Below, piece after piece: positions 61,451 to 64,000 of a DNA stretch of 64,000 nucleotides. The notes under the pieces were generated by a model, which was not told the origin of the DNA, did no database searches, and was given only the letters and a program-made list of their open reading frames with translations. The stretch spans positions 4,589-68,588 of the forward strand of contig CAIJMI010000004.1 in assembly GCA_903821745.1 (NCBI GenBank), given 5' to 3'. The translations under genes and the position numbers were made by a program. Numbering within the stretch: position 1 is the first letter of the stretch; every line of letters begins with the position of its first letter. Source of the DNA: Candidatus Gottesmanbacteria bacterium (lineage in GTDB: Bacteria > Patescibacteriota > Microgenomatia > UBA10105 > UBA927).

Positions 61451-62332
61451 TTATCGTGTAAAAATTTCTTCTGAAGTATAAACAGAACGAATCTGCGCTG
61501 CTGTTGGAATTTTTGGGGTAATCTGAAGATCAGCAAGTTGCTTCTCGTACAATTTTTTTGCAAGAGCCGGACAATAATAGTCATTGCCGAAATCCCCACC
61601 AACACAAAGTGTCGGAGAATACATAGAAATAAATGTTTGTTGATCCCTAAGGTCAATGGGTTCGCAGTCTAAAAGCCCCCATGGTTCATCATAATGATTG
61701 TCCGGATTTAACCCAAACAAAGCACCCCATACAACAAATGTTGTTTTGATGTTATGTTCTGCAACAACTTTACTCACCTCATTTATTCCCCATCTGTTCC
61801 CGATGGGCACAATAAAAATAAGTTCTTTCGGATGATATTTAGAAAGAAGGGAGTGGAGTGTGGCAATGAGATTTCTTCCTGCAGCAATACTGTCTGCTAT
61901 AACCCAACATCCATCTTCGCACAACCCTTCGGTATTTTCATAGGCATAGGATGTGGTAATACTCGTTGCCGTTTTTACATGATTTGCACCGATAAAACAA
62001 TCGCCGTAATGCGTTTTTATTCCTGCATAAAAAAGTGCACTTGATAATCGGCATGCAACAGTTTCACGAAGGAGCGTAATGGTTGAAATAGTATATGGAT
62101 CATGGGCATGCAATATTTTTTGAACAGCAGGCAATGATAATGATTGTACAGTGGCCTGAAAGGTATCATCCTCACGCAGCGCTCCCAAGTGTTCTCGACA
62201 GGGAATAAATGTTTCTTGTTTTCCTGTTTTTTGAATATACCCAACGGTTAATGCACGTGTTTCTTTTGATTGAAACCCAAGGATCGGATATCCTGACGTT
62301 GAGGGAGCAAATTCATGGTAAAAAATGCGCAT
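61451..62332 (-). CDS. Type I phosphoribosyltransferase-like protein, UPRTase-like
   Basis: ITLLRET (cf. ILRAG), PRPP loop WVIADSIAAGRNL, C-terminal GGDFGNDYY (cf. GDAGDR). Confidence 0.55.
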   Translation of the reverse strand: MRIFYHEFAPSTSGYPILGFQSKETRALTVGYIQKTGKQETFIPCREHLGALREDDTFQATVQSLSLPAVQKILHAHDPYTISTITLLRETVACRLSSALFYAGIKTHYGDCFIGANHVKTATSITTSYAYENTEGLCEDGCWVIADSIAAGRNLIATLHSLLSKYHPKELIFIVPIGNRWGINEVSKVVAEHNIKTTFVVWGALFGLNPDNHYDEPWGLLDCEPIDLRDQQTFISMYSPTLCVGGDFGNDYYCPALAKKLYEKQLADLQITPKIPTAAQIRSVYTSEEIFTR

Positions 62333-62413
62333 TACCAAAGACAATACCCCCTCGTACCGCATACTGTCAAGTAGGCTAATTCCATGGTATACTACCGTAA
62401 AATAAAGGAAGCT

Positions 62414-64000
62414 ATGGCAAAAAAACAAATCAAACAGGAAAACGAAATCAAACCCAACGGGACAAAAAAACCAACGAAAATGTTTGAGATGCGGTTAAAT
62501 TTTAACCTGAAAAACATCATCACGGGACTTCTGATCATTTTCATTATCTTCTCAGTGCTTGGAAACATGGGGGGTGGAGCTGCAAATATACCTGAGCAAC
62601 CGTTTACAACGATCGTTTCTGATATTAAAGAAAATAAAGTACAAACAATGGAAGTGGAGGACACAAAACTCACCGCAATTTACAAAGACGGAAAGAAAGC
62701 AATTTCCCATAAAGAACCACAAGATTCACTCTTTAAACTCCTCGAGGGAGCAGGTGTGGATCCAAAAGCTGTTGAAATCAAAGTAAAAGATCAAAACGTA
62801 AGTCAACTCTGGATGGGGATCCTCTCAAATATACTTCCTCTTGTGTTAACGGTTGTTTTTTTCCTCTTTTTGTTTCGACAAGCACGGGGTGCGCAAGATA
62901 GCGTTTTTTCATTTGGACAAAGCAAAGCAAAACTATGGAATAAAGATCTTCCAAAAATTACGTTTGCAGATGTTGCTGGTGTTGACGAGGCAAAAAATGA
63001 AGTTGTGGAAATTGTTGATTTCTTAAAAAATCCTGCAAAATATAAAGCACTGGGAGCCCGTACTCCAAAAGGGGTAATACTGGTAGGTCCCAGTGGAACA
63101 GGAAAAACATTACTTGCAAAAGCCATGGCAGGAGAAGCAAAAGTTCCGTTTTATTCCATAGCAGGAAGCGAATTTATGGAAATGCTTGTTGGAGTCGGAG
63201 CTGCACGCGTCCGAGATCTCTTTGCAACCGCAAAAAAAACAGCACCGGCAATTATATTTATCGATGAAATTGATGCCATTGGTCGTATGCGCTCAGTCGG
63301 TGCTATGGGCGGCCATGATGAGCGGGAACAGACGTTAAACCAGATTCTTGTGGAAATGGACGGATTCGAACCAAATACTGCCGTCCTCGTCGTTGCAGCA
63401 ACCAACAGAGGAGATTTACTTGATCCTGCTTTGACACGTCCTGGCAGATTTGATCGACGAGTCACGCTCGATCTTCCTGATATGGAAGGACGAAAATCGA
63501 TTCTTCTTATTCATGCAAAAGGAAAACCGTTCGCAGAAACGGTCAATTGGGATAAAGTTGCAAAACGAACCGTTGGATTTTCAGGAGCTGATCTTGAAAA
63601 CATGCTCAACGAATCAGCAATTCATGCAGCACGTCAAAATAAAAAAGTGATCTCCTATGCAGATATCGAAGAATCTGCAACAAAAGTGAAATTAGGACCT
63701 GAGAAAAAAAGACTCCAAAGTGATCTCGATCGCAAAATGACCGCAGGTCATGAAGCAGGACATGCAGTAGTCAATTACCATCTTTCGGATATGGATCGGG
63801 TCCACCGAATTTCCATTATCTCCCGCGGTATGGCGCTAGGATATACGTTGACGCCTCCAGAAAAAGACCGGCTGCATGAAACAAAATCACATCTTATTAA
63901 TCAAATTGCGACGATGATGGGCGGCCGGGCTGCTGAGGAACTCATGTACAAAGATGTGACAAGTGGGGCTGCTAATGATATTGACCAAGCAACACGCATT
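62414..64000 (+). CDS. ftsH: ATP-dependent zinc metalloprotease FtsH, 3'-truncated
   Basis: Read manually from ATG 62414: two TM helices, [60 protein letters not shown]. Confidence 0.96.
   Translation, partial: MAKKQIKQENEIKPNGTKKPTKMFEMRLNFNLKNIITGLLIIFIIFSVLGNMGGGAANIPEQPFTTIVSDIKENKVQTMEVEDTKLTAIYKDGKKAISHKEPQDSLFKLLEGAGVDPKAVEIKVKDQNVSQLWMGILSNILPLVLTVVFFLFLFRQARGAQDSVFSFGQSKAKLWNKDLPKITFADVAGVDEAKNEVVEIVDFLKNPAKYKALGARTPKGVILVGPSGTGKTLLAKAMAGEAKVPFYSIAGSEFMEMLVGVGAARVRDLFATAKKTAPAIIFIDEIDAIGRMRSVGAMGGHDEREQTLNQILVEMDGFEPNTAVLVVAATNRGDLLDPALTRPGRFDRRVTLDLPDMEGRKSILLIHAKGKPFAETVNWDKVAKRTVGFSGADLENMLNESAIHAARQNKKVISYADIEESATKVKLGPEKKRLQSDLDRKMTAGHEAGHAVVNYHLSDMDRVHRISIISRGMALGYTLTPPEKDRLHETKSHLINQIATMMGGRAAEELMYKDVTSGAANDIDQATRI

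Overview
The window is chromosomal DNA from a bacterium using genetic code 11. Its gene content (giant collagen-like surface protein, DUF2298/DUF4012/DUF5652/DUF5654-type proteins, archaeal-type ATP-dependent ligase, 23S unlinked from 16S) points to a CPR/Patescibacteria organism, probably Microgenomates; this is inference. Most of it is housekeeping: rho, radA, rpsA, gdhA, trxAB, a CsoR/CopA copper cluster, VKOR-DsbA, pth, recF, rpmH-rnpA-yidD-yidC-jag, rnhA, rplY, nth, epmA-efp, valS, a Xer recombinase, trpS and ftsH. The unusual parts are mostly RNA-level. (1) A T-box-type riboswitch with an apparently very short Stem I lies directly upstream of the tRNA-Trp gene and a TrpRS fused to a Trbp111-like domain. 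(2) A non-canonical initiator tRNA is split by a 192-nt group I intron. (3) A decayed HTH plus LAGLIDADG-like gene is wedged between two tRNA(CAU) genes. (4) A tRNA-Ala-23S-5S unit has no adjacent 16S and carries an L2593 group I intron encoding an I-CreI-like endonuclease. (5) At about 10.9-11.7 kb, two tandem promoter-plus-hairpin units converge on a 47-aa gene, and one of them is complementary to both the start codon region and the 3' UTR of that gene. Many genes also have a -10 box only 6-10 nt before the ATG, suggesting widespread leaderless translation. All family assignments come from motif recognition by eye; no database search was run.
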